From an uncultured Gemmatimonadales bacterium (GTDB taxonomy: Bacteria; Gemmatimonadota; Gemmatimonadetes; Longimicrobiales; RSA9), in contig CAVUKA010000005.1 of NCBI GenBank assembly GCA_963741945.1, positions 384,001-448,000 on the forward strand: a stretch of 64,000 nt of DNA, read 5' to 3'. The notes below the pieces were generated by a model. It saw only the letters and a program-made list of their open reading frames with translations, was not told the DNA's origin and did no database searches. Position numbers and translations under genes: made by a program. Below, one piece after another: positions 37,466 through 46,896 of the stretch; positions within the stretch are counted from its first letter, which is position 1; every line of letters starts with the position of its first letter.

Positions 37466-39162
37466 GCCCGCTCCCTCCCGATCCACCGCCACTGCGCCAT
37501 GGTCAGCGCGAAGACCACCGCGAACAGCACCCATGCCATGGCCGAGGCGTACCCCATCCGCAGGTACTCCCACGCGTTCCGGTAGATGTGGTACACGATC
37601 ACGTCCGTGGCGTGGAGTGGGCCGCCCTCCGTCATGACGTACACGGCGGTGAACACCTGGAACATGAAGATCACCATGGTGACCAGCACGAAGAACGTGG
37701 TGGGGCGGAGCAGTGGCAGCGTGATGTGGCGGAAGCGCTGCCACGGCCCGGCCCCGTCCATGCGCGCGCTCTCGTACAGGCTGGCCGGGATGGACTGGAG
37801 CCCGGCCAGGAAGAGGACCATCATGTAGCCGGCGTACATCCACACCGACATGATCTGAAGCGACAGCATGGCCGTGGCCGGCGACGTGAGCCAGGGCAGT
37901 CCGCCGAGTCCCAGCCGCTCCAGGACCAGGTTGAAGAGTCCGAAGTCCGGCTCGTATATCCACTTCCAGACCAGGCTGATGGCCACGAAGCTGGTGATGT
38001 AGGGGAGAAAGAGGATCGCCCGCACCACGCGCACCCCCCGGAACGGCCGGTTCACCAGCAGCGCCAGCCCGAGCGCCACGGCCATGCCCACGGGCACGAA
38101 GAGCACGTAGACGGCCGTGTTGGCGAGCGAGTGGAGAAACGCCCCGTCGCCCGCAAGCTCCACGTAGTTGGCCAGCCCCACGAACGGGCGCTGCGGCTCG
38201 ACCAGGTTCCAGCGATGGAAGCTGAGCCAGAGCGCGAACGCGATCGGCCCCAGGGAGAACACCAGCAGGTGCGCCAGGGATGGCGCGAGGAAAGCCCAGC
38301 CCGTGGCCGCCTCGCGCAGCGCGAGCCGCTGCCGGTCGAGCGGAAGGAGCGACACGCCCACCCCCGCCACCACCAGCCACGCCGCCCCAACCACGCCCAC
38401 CGCCGGCGCGGCCCGCGGGGCCAGCAGCACCACGGACGCGGCAAGGCCGGCGCCGGGAGCCAGGACGGCTGCAGCGCGCATCCACGCCGGCCGCGCTTCG
38501 GTGATCCGGAGCGCGAGCCAGGCAAGGACGAGCGCCACCACACCCCCCAGGAGCGGCCATCCCGCGAAACGGGCGGGGAACGGCCCGCGCCGCGCCACGA
38601 CTACGGCTCCCAGCGTCTCCCACTCCGTTGCGTCGTGCAGCGGCGCCACCGCCACCATTCGGCCGTCCATCCTGGCCTCGAACGGCCGATCGAGGCGGTC
38701 CAGCCGGGCCACTACCCCCGCGGGCAGCCGCCGGGGGAATGCAGGGCCAGGCTCCACATTCCACAAATGGCCGGTCTCGCCATGGTCCTTTCCCACAATG
38801 TCCTTGTGGCTCGTACCGGAGTCGGGGGCAACGCCGGATTGTAGACCGGAAAGTGGATTGTGGAGCCTGGCCCTGGGCCGGGGCAGAGCCGTACTCAGCG
38901 CAAAGCCGGCGTCCGAGCGGCGGTACATCGCCACGTCGTAGCTGTCCCCGGCAGGGAGGATCGCGGCTCCGACCGATATGGACCCGTTCTCCGCCGCGTC
39001 CGGGGCCAGCGCGCGCCACCGCTCCGCCACAGCTCCGGCCACCGTCGCGTCCGCCGCCGACCGGCCCTCCCGCGCATGCGCGCCGACCAGCCCCGACATC
39101 AGCGCGGCCGAGAGCGCGAGTGGCCCGAGGATGAGCCAGCCCCGGACGGCGCGGCCGGTCAT
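37462..39162 (-). CDS. Carbohydrate ABC transporter permease (MalF-like) with a long N-terminal extension
   Basis: FVGLANY, LYESARMDGA and VMTEGGP in the C-terminal half. Confidence 0.88.
   Translation of the reverse strand: MTGRAVRGWLILGPLALSAALMSGLVGAHAREGRSAADATVAGAVAERWRALAPDAAENGSISVGAAILPAGDSYDVAMYRRSDAGFALSTALPRPRARLHNPLSGLQSGVAPDSGTSHKDIVGKDHGETGHLWNVEPGPAFPRRLPAGVVARLDRLDRPFEARMDGRMVAVAPLHDATEWETLGAVVVARRGPFPARFAGWPLLGGVVALVLAWLALRITEARPAWMRAAAVLAPGAGLAASVVLLAPRAAPAVGVVGAAWLVVAGVGVSLLPLDRQRLALREAATGWAFLAPSLAHLLVFSLGPIAFALWLSFHRWNLVEPQRPFVGLANYVELAGDGAFLHSLANTAVYVLFVPVGMAVALGLALLVNRPFRGVRVVRAILFLPYITSFVAISLVWKWIYEPDFGLFNLVLERLGLGGLPWLTSPATAMLSLQIMSVWMYAGYMMVLFLAGLQSIPASLYESARMDGAGPWQRFRHITLPLLRPTTFFVLVTMVIFMFQVFTAVYVMTEGGPLHATDVIVYHIYRNAWEYLRMGYASAMAWVLFAVVFALTMAQWRWIGRERA
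38742..38875. mobile_element. MITE-like palindromic element within a CDS
   Basis: 23-bp terminal inverted repeats CAGGGCCAGGCTCCACA(T/A)TCCAC, 22/23 identical. The interior is lower in GC and has internal hairpins. Confidence 0.65.
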
Positions 39163-40463
39163 GGCCCCGGCTCCAGGAGACCGTCGATCCGCACCGCCAG
39201 GTCGTGCGCCACAGAGTCCACGGGCTCACCCGCCACCAGCGGCCGGTCGAGGAGGTCGAACAGCGCGTCCTGCACTTCCCGCCACTTCTCGACTCTCGCG
39301 CCCCACGTGTTGCGGCCCGTGGGCACGGCCTCCAGGAACACCCGCTCCCGGCCCGTGGTGTCCCCCGCCGCCACCTCCTCGGCCACTTCCGGGATCGATG
39401 GCACGGCCAGCCCGCTCGCCGCGCGCATCCGCTGCGCGGTGGTCGAGGAGAGGAAAGCGGCCAACTCCACGGCCCAGCGACGGTGCTCCGCCGCCTTCGG
39501 CACCGCCCACCCCGACGCGTACAGCACCGTTACCGGGTCCACTCCTGCGCGGGTCGGCATCGGCACCACGCCATAGTGCAGCCGCCCCGCTGCCTCCTGC
39601 GGCGCCAGGGTCGGTCCCGCCCAGTGCCCGGACTGGAGCATGGCCACCTGGCCGCTGTAGAACATGCGGCTCAGACCGCCCAGGCCGCGTCGGAACATCT
39701 CGACCCTCGGCGCGACGCGCCATTTCCGCACCAGGTCCAGGTAGAATGAAACCGCCGCCACCGTGGCCGGGGAATCCAGGTAGCCCGTGGCCCGGTACCC
39801 GCCATCGTCGCGGGCCCCGAGCAGCTCGCCCCCACCCGCCCAGATCCACGTCTGCAGATAGAAGAAGTCCCGGGGCCATCCGAACCCCCAGACGTCCGGC
39901 TCACCATCCCCGTCCCTGTCCCGCGTCAGCCGCCTCGCCGTCTCCAGGAACTCCGCCCACGTCCATCCCGCCCGCGGATACGGCACGCCCGCCGCATCGA
40001 AGACGTCCTTGTTGTAGTAGATCACCATCGGCGTGAAGTCCTTCGGGAACGCCCACAGCGCGCTGTCCCCCGAAGCGGCCGGCGTTCGGAAGAGCGACAG
40101 GATCCGCGGATCGTACGCCGGCAGGTCTACGCCCACCCGGCTCACATACGGCGACAGGTCCAGCAGCACGCCCCGGTTCACGAACGCCGGGATGTCGATC
40201 CCATCCAGCAGGAACACGGCCGGCGGGGCGCCCCCGGCGATCGAGATCAGCACCTTCTCACGGTAGATCCCTGACCCTTCCAGCGACTCCATGCACACCG
40301 GGATCTCCGGATGCCTCGTCCGGAACGAGTCCACCACCGCCCGGTCCAGCGACAGCTCCCGGTAGTCCGCCCACGAAACCGCGCGGATGCAGTCTCCGTC
40401 GCTACCACCGCAGGCGGCGAGCAGCGCCACCACTATTACCATGCAGTTGATCAGTGCGCGCAC
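39159..40463 (-). CDS. Sugar ABC transporter substrate-binding lipoprotein
   Basis: Lipobox LAAC, YYNKDVFDAAG, WTWAEF and FYSGQVAM. Confidence 0.9.
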   Translation of the reverse strand: MRALINCMVIVVALLAACGGSDGDCIRAVSWADYRELSLDRAVVDSFRTRHPEIPVCMESLEGSGIYREKVLISIAGGAPPAVFLLDGIDIPAFVNRGVLLDLSPYVSRVGVDLPAYDPRILSLFRTPAASGDSALWAFPKDFTPMVIYYNKDVFDAAGVPYPRAGWTWAEFLETARRLTRDRDGDGEPDVWGFGWPRDFFYLQTWIWAGGGELLGARDDGGYRATGYLDSPATVAAVSFYLDLVRKWRVAPRVEMFRRGLGGLSRMFYSGQVAMLQSGHWAGPTLAPQEAAGRLHYGVVPMPTRAGVDPVTVLYASGWAVPKAAEHRRWAVELAAFLSSTTAQRMRAASGLAVPSIPEVAEEVAAGDTTGRERVFLEAVPTGRNTWGARVEKWREVQDALFDLLDRPLVAGEPVDSVAHDLAVRIDGLLEPGP

Positions 40464-40512
40464 TTTGACTATCTTTGTTCGTTCCGTTCCGATCTCGACT
40501 TCAGGAGGATCC

Positions 40513-40701
40513 ATGGACGAGGTGGCCAAGGATGCAAAGCGGCTGCTCCTCCGGTACGGCGCTCCCATCGCCGTCGTTAATCAGCTATCGGACGATGACC
40601 GGATCAGTTATGCGCGATCCATCGTGCGCACCACGCTCGGCGATCGGCCGGCAAAGGTGAAAGAGCTCCTGTCCGAGGGTGGGTGGCTCGACCAGGGCTG
40701 A
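40513..40701 (+). CDS. Small hypothetical protein (62 aa)
   Basis: AGGAGG RBS, helical sequence MDEVAKDAKRLLLRYGAP..., followed by a terminator. Confidence 0.7.
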   Translation: MDEVAKDAKRLLLRYGAPIAVVNQLSDDDRISYARSIVRTTLGDRPAKVKELLSEGGWLDQG

Positions 40702-40725
40702 TCGCCGCGGACATCCGGCTGCATC

Positions 40726-40761
40726 AGAGCGCCCGGCCCGAAAGCCGGGCGCTCTGCTTTT
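40726..40761 (+). terminator. Intrinsic terminator
   Basis: AGAGCGCCCGGC-ccgaaa-GCCGGGCGCTCT followed by GCTTTT. Confidence 0.75.
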
Positions 40762-40774
40762 CCCCACGCCGGCT

Positions 40775-43747
40775 TCACGGCGCCATCGTCACTTCGAGCG
40801 ACCGCTCCGCGTCCAGCACGAGCTGAACGGACACGCGCCACCGCTCCCCGACCCTGTGGGCGCCCAGATCGGCCGGCGCGCCGTCCACGCGCGTCTCGGC
40901 GACCCCCGCTCCGGGCAGCTCGGGCGCGAGCACGAGCTGAAGCGGACGCGCGCCGCGCTCCTGAGCGAGCGTGAACCGGTGTGTCGACCCCTGCCGCCGA
41001 TACGTCAGCGTGACACCGGCGTCGCCGACGCTCAGCTGTCGAACGCGGAACCGCTCCCACTCCTTCGGCGGCCGCGGCCGCAGCACCAGCCGTCCCCTGG
41101 TGGCGTCCGGCTCCGCGCCGAGGAGCCCGTACACCAGCGGGCTCACGACCATGGCCGTCGACCAGGCCTGGTCCGGACAGACGCCCCGTGCTTCGGGCTC
41201 GGTGCCGTGCAGCACTTCGTCCCACGCCCCTCGTTCGCGCCAGAACACCTGGTCCACGTTCATGCGCCAGTGCCGGTACGCCGCTTCGGGGCGACCGGCC
41301 GTGTACTCCGCCCAGCTGGTCCACCCCGTGAACAGCGGCCACACCGCGCCGCCATGATAGCTGGCGGGGTTGTACTCGGGGTCGTCACTGGGGAGCATGC
41401 GCACGCCCCAGGGCGCGCTGAAACGGTCGGTCGCCACTTCGTCCAGCCAGCTCCCCATGGCCGCCGGGTCGACCACGCCGAGCAGCAGCGGTACGCCCTG
41501 CATCACGGTCTGCACGGATAGGCGACGCCAGCCGTTGCCTCCTGCGTCGCCACTCCCCCGCCGCACGTTGATCGACCACGTGCCGGTTTCCGGGTCACGG
41601 AACGTCGGCTCGAGCGCCTCGGCCGCCCTCTCCGCCATCCGGCGCAGCCGGCGGGCGTCCTCGGCCTGCCCGATGCCCTCGGCGGCCCGGGCCAGCTCGG
41701 CCGTGGCCCGTGTCCAGATGGCCGCGTTGTAAAAGGTCACATCGCCGCCTCCGAGCCGCCCGAACTCCACCCAGCCGTGCCCTTCGCCCGTGTTCTCGAT
41801 GAGACCGTCTCCGTCCCGGTCCGTGCACGCGCAGTATGCCAGCGCAGCCCGCACCCGCTGCCACTGCGCCTGGAGGAAGCGGATATCGCCGGACCATTCC
41901 AGGTAGCGGGCCATGAGCAGGAGGTAGAGCGGCGAGGCGTCGGCCGCATCGTAATGGACCACCCCGCTGGAGCTGCACTCGTGCAGGATCTTTCCCGAGA
42001 GCGCCTGGTGGTCGCCGAGGAAGGAGAGGACGTCGCGCGCGGCGCCGAAGTCTCCCGTGGCGAGCGACGCCAGGGCGGTCCAGACGGCGTCTCGGCCGAA
42101 ATACCAGGCATAGCCAGGTCGTCCGTGTCCGAACCATCCGTCGTCCGACGCCCAGTAGCCGGCCACCAGGGAACGCCCGATCCCGGGCGTCTCCACGAGA
42201 TAGGATGCGAGCCGCACCTTCGCCCACTCCACGGCCTGCGTGACCAGCGGGTCCGGCGCGTCGAACGACAGCTGCTCCGACAGGAGACGGTCGGTCGCCC
42301 CGCTCCGGGCGAGGACGGCGGTGGCGGCTCGGTTCGCTGCGCGGAGCGACCGATCCAGCTGCGCGGCGGGGGCGGCGGCCATGGCCAGGCGGACGGACTC
42401 CCCGCGTCCCAGCCGGAGCCGGGCCCGTACACGGACGGCCGCCACCTCCTCCGTGCTGGCATCGGTTACCGTCAGCTGCTCCGGCGGGCGGTTGAACGCG
42501 AACGCGGCGGCTTCCCCGGCTCCCGAGCCCACCACGACCCCGCGTGAAGCGCGCCGCCACCGCAGCGGCGAGGATGCCGTGGCGGGGTACGGCCACATGA
42601 GCCGCAGGTCCGATGTCCACTCCACATCAACGGTCACGGGCTCCGCGACGGCGCGCCATTCGACCAGGCAGACGGGCGCGTCCCGCGGCACCGTGATCCG
42701 CTCCAGGATCGGCGCTCCATCCACCCTCAGGCGCCGCTCGAGGCCCAGCGGTGTCACGGTCGCGGTCTCCGCACTGGCGCCCGCCAGCCTCGGACCGCTC
42801 GCCAGCCGCACCGGATGCGCCCAGACCTCGTCCACGCCGCGCGCTTCGCCGCCGGCCGCGAACGCCCTGCGGCCGGCCACGGTGAAGGGGGCATCCCCAT
42901 CCGCGGGGCCGGCGGCCCGGAGCGAATGCTCCAGCGAAGGCAGGTCTTCGTGCAGCAGGGGCAGCTCCGGCATGGGCAGCGAGTGGTCCTCCCGGGCTTC
43001 CACCGGCCGGATGACCCAGACGCGCTCGCGATCCCCCTGTGCTGCCGCACTCCCTGCGGCCCGACGCAGCGCGTTGCTTGCGAGCCGCTGCACGTTCTCC
43101 CGGAAGGCCCCGCCCGCAGCGGCGAACGGGAGATAGGCGCCGATGCAGAGGACCGGACCGGCGTCGCCATCCATTTCCCAGATCGTGGCTCTCCCGGCGT
43201 TCAGGTGGATGTAGCTCCGCTCGACCGCCAGGACCCGGGCGCGGGTCGGCCAGTCCGGCCGCAGGTAGGCCACGCGAGTGAACGCTTCACCCTCCGCGGC
43301 CGACCAGGTGAACGCCCCCGCGCCGAGCCCCTCGAAGAGCGGATGCCCGCGGAAGCTGCCGTGCCCCCTGATCCGCGGGAAGCTGGAGAACGACGGGAAC
43401 AGGTACAGGTCGTCATCCGCGTCATGCCACTCGAGCCGCGCGGAATCCCCGGGCGTCACCGGCTCGAGCCCCACCGCGGCCGGCAATGCGGCGGCGCCGC
43501 CCGTGAGAAGCGCCCTCCCGCGGCGCAGCAGCTCCACCGCCCCACCACCGAGCGCCTCGGCGGCCATCGGCTCCACGCCATGGATCCAGACGACGGCCCC
43601 CGGCGCGGCCTTCGACACCACGGCGTCCAGCCGGGCCACGGCCGCGTCCGTCCCGGACACACCGGCGAGCCAGCTGACGATCCCCTTCGACTCCGCGTGC
43701 TGCGGCGCGTCCGACGCCAGCACCACGCTGGGCAGGGCTCCCCTCAC
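40775..43747 (-). CDS. Amylo-alpha-1,6-glucosidase/GDE-like (alpha/alpha)6 glycoside hydrolase with N-terminal extension
   Basis: YAWYFGRD, GKILHE, YDAADASP, DRDGDGLIE, YHGGAVWP and QAWS. Confidence 0.8.
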   Translation of the reverse strand: MRGALPSVVLASDAPQHAESKGIVSWLAGVSGTDAAVARLDAVVSKAAPGAVVWIHGVEPMAAEALGGGAVELLRRGRALLTGGAAALPAAVGLEPVTPGDSARLEWHDADDDLYLFPSFSSFPRIRGHGSFRGHPLFEGLGAGAFTWSAAEGEAFTRVAYLRPDWPTRARVLAVERSYIHLNAGRATIWEMDGDAGPVLCIGAYLPFAAAGGAFRENVQRLASNALRRAAGSAAAQGDRERVWVIRPVEAREDHSLPMPELPLLHEDLPSLEHSLRAAGPADGDAPFTVAGRRAFAAGGEARGVDEVWAHPVRLASGPRLAGASAETATVTPLGLERRLRVDGAPILERITVPRDAPVCLVEWRAVAEPVTVDVEWTSDLRLMWPYPATASSPLRWRRASRGVVVGSGAGEAAAFAFNRPPEQLTVTDASTEEVAAVRVRARLRLGRGESVRLAMAAAPAAQLDRSLRAANRAATAVLARSGATDRLLSEQLSFDAPDPLVTQAVEWAKVRLASYLVETPGIGRSLVAGYWASDDGWFGHGRPGYAWYFGRDAVWTALASLATGDFGAARDVLSFLGDHQALSGKILHECSSSGVVHYDAADASPLYLLLMARYLEWSGDIRFLQAQWQRVRAALAYCACTDRDGDGLIENTGEGHGWVEFGRLGGGDVTFYNAAIWTRATAELARAAEGIGQAEDARRLRRMAERAAEALEPTFRDPETGTWSINVRRGSGDAGGNGWRRLSVQTVMQGVPLLLGVVDPAAMGSWLDEVATDRFSAPWGVRMLPSDDPEYNPASYHGGAVWPLFTGWTSWAEYTAGRPEAAYRHWRMNVDQVFWRERGAWDEVLHGTEPEARGVCPDQAWSTAMVVSPLVYGLLGAEPDATRGRLVLRPRPPKEWERFRVRQLSVGDAGVTLTYRRQGSTHRFTLAQERGARPLQLVLAPELPGAGVAETRVDGAPADLGAHRVGERWRVSVQLVLDAERSLEVTMAP

Positions 43748-46008
43748 GCCTCCACCTCGATGCGGTCACCCACTCCGCCACTCCCGGCGACGCGTCCATC
43801 CACGGTCACCCGGAAGCGGCCGCCCGTGATGGCCACGCCCACTTCATGGCCACGCCACGGCAGCCGGTCCAGCCGCAGCTCCTCGGGACCGCCCGGGAAC
43901 GGGTCCACGACCGCGCGCTCGCCGGACGGGCGGAACCCGGCGAGGAAGCGGATCACGAGATCGTTGATCCACGAGTGCTGGTAGTCATCGATGCCGCGGT
44001 ACACGGAGGCCCGGCCGGTCACCGGGGAGTAGTGCTCGAAGCAGTTCGGACGCGCCGGGTCGCCATCGAAGCAGAGCATCCGCACATAGCGCTGCAGCAG
44101 CTCCGAAACCCGGACCCGGAGCCCTGGATCGTGGGTGGCGGCGCCCGCCAGCGCCTCCACCACGTGGGAGTTCGTCATGGGCCAGACCCGGCCGTTCCAC
44201 GCGCAGCTCCGGCGAACGCCCCGCCACTCCGCATCGGCGCTGAACGTGGGGTCGTCCGCGGCGGTGCTGGGCACGGGGAACGGCGTCCAGAACGTCGCCG
44301 GATCGAACAGGTTGCGGCGCAGCCCGTCCACGTGTTCCGCGCCGGCGATGTCGGTGCCGTACGGGTAGAAGCAGACGGCCGCCTTCACGCCCGTCCGCCC
44401 CATGGTGCGAGGATCCACGTCGAAGAAGAGGCCGGCGTCGGGGTCCCACATCCTCGCCCGGACGGCGTCCCTGATCCGCTCCGCCACCGCATCGTGCTGC
44501 CCGGCTTCCTCGTCCCGACCGAGCTGGCGGGCGGCCGCGGCCAGCGCGCGCCGCAGCCTGTACGCGTACACCGTGATGTCCACGCCCTTCAGCCGCAGCC
44601 GGAAGTCGAAATGCTGGCGGTCCGCTTCCGCGTCCACGGCCGTGTACCGCCGCATGTATTCCTGTCCGGTCTCGTACGGATCCCGCACGTCGTACAGCCC
44701 CGTGCCTTCACCATCCCGGTCGCCGTCCAGCCAGTCGGCATAGCGATGGAGCGGGCCATAGAGGTCCGCCGCGGGCGCGCCCCCGGGGAGCGCCTCTTCG
44801 AGCGCGGTCAGCGCGCCACCCCAGTCGGCGATGTAGAAGTCGGTGCGGCGGTCGTGGTCCAGGTAGACCCGGCCGGGGAGCGACCCGTCCGCGCGCTGGT
44901 GCTCGAGGAACGTCTGGACGGCGCCACGCGCCCGCCTGGTATCCGGCAGCCAGCGCAGCTCCCGGGCATGACACCAGGCGCTGTAGCTGATCGCGCAGTG
45001 GAAGTAGTCCGTCCCCTCGGCGCACGTGCGGTGGCGGTAGTTGCCGGCGGGATCCAGGAAGTTCAGGCGGAGGCCGTACCACCGGTAGGCGAAGTACCGG
45101 GACAGCCACGGATCCGAGCAGCGGAGGGACGGCGCGCGGTCGAAGAACTCGATCCATTCGTCGCGCGATTCCGCGGCGGCCGACCCGCGTCGCATCTCCG
45201 GTGCACGGGGCGACATGGCGGCGTTGCGCAGCCCCGGCGACGCGGGGCGCACCGTCATCCCGGCCCGCACCCGCCCCACACCCATCCCGTTCAGCACGAT
45301 CCGGGTGGCGAGCCCGATGTACAGGAGCCTCCGGCCGCCTCCTTCCGGGCTCTCCCCGTTCGTCACGCCCCCGATCCCGCCGTCCCCCCCGTCCCACCGG
45401 TCCGCGAACGGGGTCACGCCCCAGCGCGGGACGTTGGGGTAGTCGGGCATCATCTCCGACTCGTGCACGGCCCAGCCGGATGCGCCCTCCAGCTCCAGCG
45501 TACACTCCATCGCCAGCGGCTCGCCCCGGCGCTGGGCATCCTCGGCAAAGCGAGTGAAGCGGATCCCACCGGGGCCGGCCTCCACGCTCGAACGGTCCGG
45601 GACCAGCGTGGTCTCCTGGGCCGTCCACGCCACCACCCACCCGCCCGCGCGCACGCCCGAGAGCACGTCAAGCTCGCTTACGAAGTGGCCGCCCGGGCGC
45701 ACCGACCGCCGCTCCACCACTTCCACTTCGCCGTCACTGTAAATGGCCGCCATCCCGTGGGGCGACCACGCCCGCTCCACCAGCCGGAGCGGCCGCTCGA
45801 GCCCGCCGTCGTCCACCAGTGACATCGTGAACAGCGGGCCCAGCCGGTGCAGGTACACCTGCCCCTCGTCCCAGAAGCCGGGCACGTCCAGCCAGAGCGG
45901 GTGCGGTGGGGCGAAGAGCGTTCCGTCTCCCGCGCCCAGGTAGTGCTTGTCGGATCGGCGCAGCAGGTCCAGGGCCTCTTCACCCGATACCGGTATGTCG
46001 AAGTCCAT
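43744..46008 (-). CDS. GH63/MGH1-like (trehalase-fold) glycoside hydrolase
   Basis: ETG, MWDPDAGLFFD, FWTPFPVPS, WNGRVWP and FEHYSP. Confidence 0.75.
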   Translation of the reverse strand: MDFDIPVSGEEALDLLRRSDKHYLGAGDGTLFAPPHPLWLDVPGFWDEGQVYLHRLGPLFTMSLVDDGGLERPLRLVERAWSPHGMAAIYSDGEVEVVERRSVRPGGHFVSELDVLSGVRAGGWVVAWTAQETTLVPDRSSVEAGPGGIRFTRFAEDAQRRGEPLAMECTLELEGASGWAVHESEMMPDYPNVPRWGVTPFADRWDGGDGGIGGVTNGESPEGGGRRLLYIGLATRIVLNGMGVGRVRAGMTVRPASPGLRNAAMSPRAPEMRRGSAAAESRDEWIEFFDRAPSLRCSDPWLSRYFAYRWYGLRLNFLDPAGNYRHRTCAEGTDYFHCAISYSAWCHARELRWLPDTRRARGAVQTFLEHQRADGSLPGRVYLDHDRRTDFYIADWGGALTALEEALPGGAPAADLYGPLHRYADWLDGDRDGEGTGLYDVRDPYETGQEYMRRYTAVDAEADRQHFDFRLRLKGVDITVYAYRLRRALAAAARQLGRDEEAGQHDAVAERIRDAVRARMWDPDAGLFFDVDPRTMGRTGVKAAVCFYPYGTDIAGAEHVDGLRRNLFDPATFWTPFPVPSTAADDPTFSADAEWRGVRRSCAWNGRVWPMTNSHVVEALAGAATHDPGLRVRVSELLQRYVRMLCFDGDPARPNCFEHYSPVTGRASVYRGIDDYQHSWINDLVIRFLAGFRPSGERAVVDPFPGGPEELRLDRLPWRGHEVGVAITGGRFRVTVDGRVAGSGGVGDRIEVEA

Positions 46009-46018
46009 GCTCAGGCGC

Positions 46019-46456
46019 TCATCCGCGGCGCTCGTCGTCCGGTCCGCCTTTCTCGCGCGGCTCGAACGCGAGCGACGCCGAGTTCAGGCAGTAGCGAAGC
46101 CCCGTCGGGCGCGGACCGTCCGGGAAGACATGCCCCAGGTGCGACTCACAGCGCGCACACAGGACTTCGGCTCGCCGCATGCCGTGACTCCGGTCCTCGC
46201 GCGTCTCGATCCGCTCCTCCGCCAGCGGCTGTGAGAAGCTCGGCCAGCCGGTGCCCGATTCGTACTTCGTCTCAGAGCTGAACAGCGGCTCGCCGCACGC
46301 CACGCAGCGGTACGTCCCGGGATCCTTGTTGTCCCAGTACTCCCCCGTGAACGCCCGCTCCGTCCCGCCCTGCCTCGCCACCCGGTACTGCTCGGGCGTC
46401 AGCGACTCCCGCCACTCCGCCTCGCTCTTCCGCACGTTCTCCGGCTGCTCTGACAT
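46019..46456 (-). CDS. msrB: Peptide-methionine (R)-S-oxide reductase
   Basis: [23 protein letters not shown] and RYCLNS. Confidence 0.96.
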   Translation of the reverse strand: MSEQPENVRKSEAEWRESLTPEQYRVARQGGTERAFTGEYWDNKDPGTYRCVACGEPLFSSETKYESGTGWPSFSQPLAEERIETREDRSHGMRRAEVLCARCESHLGHVFPDGPRPTGLRYCLNSASLAFEPREKGGPDDERRG

Positions 46457-46472
46457 CCTGGCCCGCTCCGCG

Positions 46473-46895
46473 TCACTGTCCCTGGATCCACTCCGGCTCC
46501 GCCACGGTCCGCTCCGTCACTTCCGTACCGGTGTTCAGCGTCCCGCGTGGCTCTACCAGCAGCACGTGGCATTCCTCGGGGGCGACGGGGCGGTGCTCCT
46601 CGCCGCGCGGGACCAGCACCATCTCACCCTCCTCCACCCAGACGTCACGGTCCCGGAACTGGAGCAGCAGGCGACCTTTCACCACCAGGAACAGCTCGTC
46701 CTCGTCCGCGTGGCGGTGCCAGTCGAACTCCCCCAGCAGGCGCGCCAGCTTCACGTGCGTGTCGTTCACTTCCGCCGCGATCCTCGGCGACCAGTGACCG
46801 GGAATCCGTGACAGCTCCCGCGCGATGTTGATGGCCTCCCGGGACCGACCGGGGCCCGGTCCCCGCGCGCCCGACTCCCCCTGCGCTCCGGCCAC
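46473..46895 (-). CDS. Cupin domain protein
   Basis: [22 protein letters not shown] and VPRGEEHRP. Start is approximate. Confidence 0.85.
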   Translation of the reverse strand: MAGAQGESGARGPGPGRSREAINIARELSRIPGHWSPRIAAEVNDTHVKLARLLGEFDWHRHADEDELFLVVKGRLLLQFRDRDVWVEEGEMVLVPRGEEHRPVAPEECHVLLVEPRGTLNTGTEVTERTVAEPEWIQGQ

Positions 46896-46896
46896 G

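Noticed and set aside
37466-39229. 883-aa permease in the ORF track
   Set aside because: The upstream part is a shadow frame of the MalF-like gene; the real start is about 37465.
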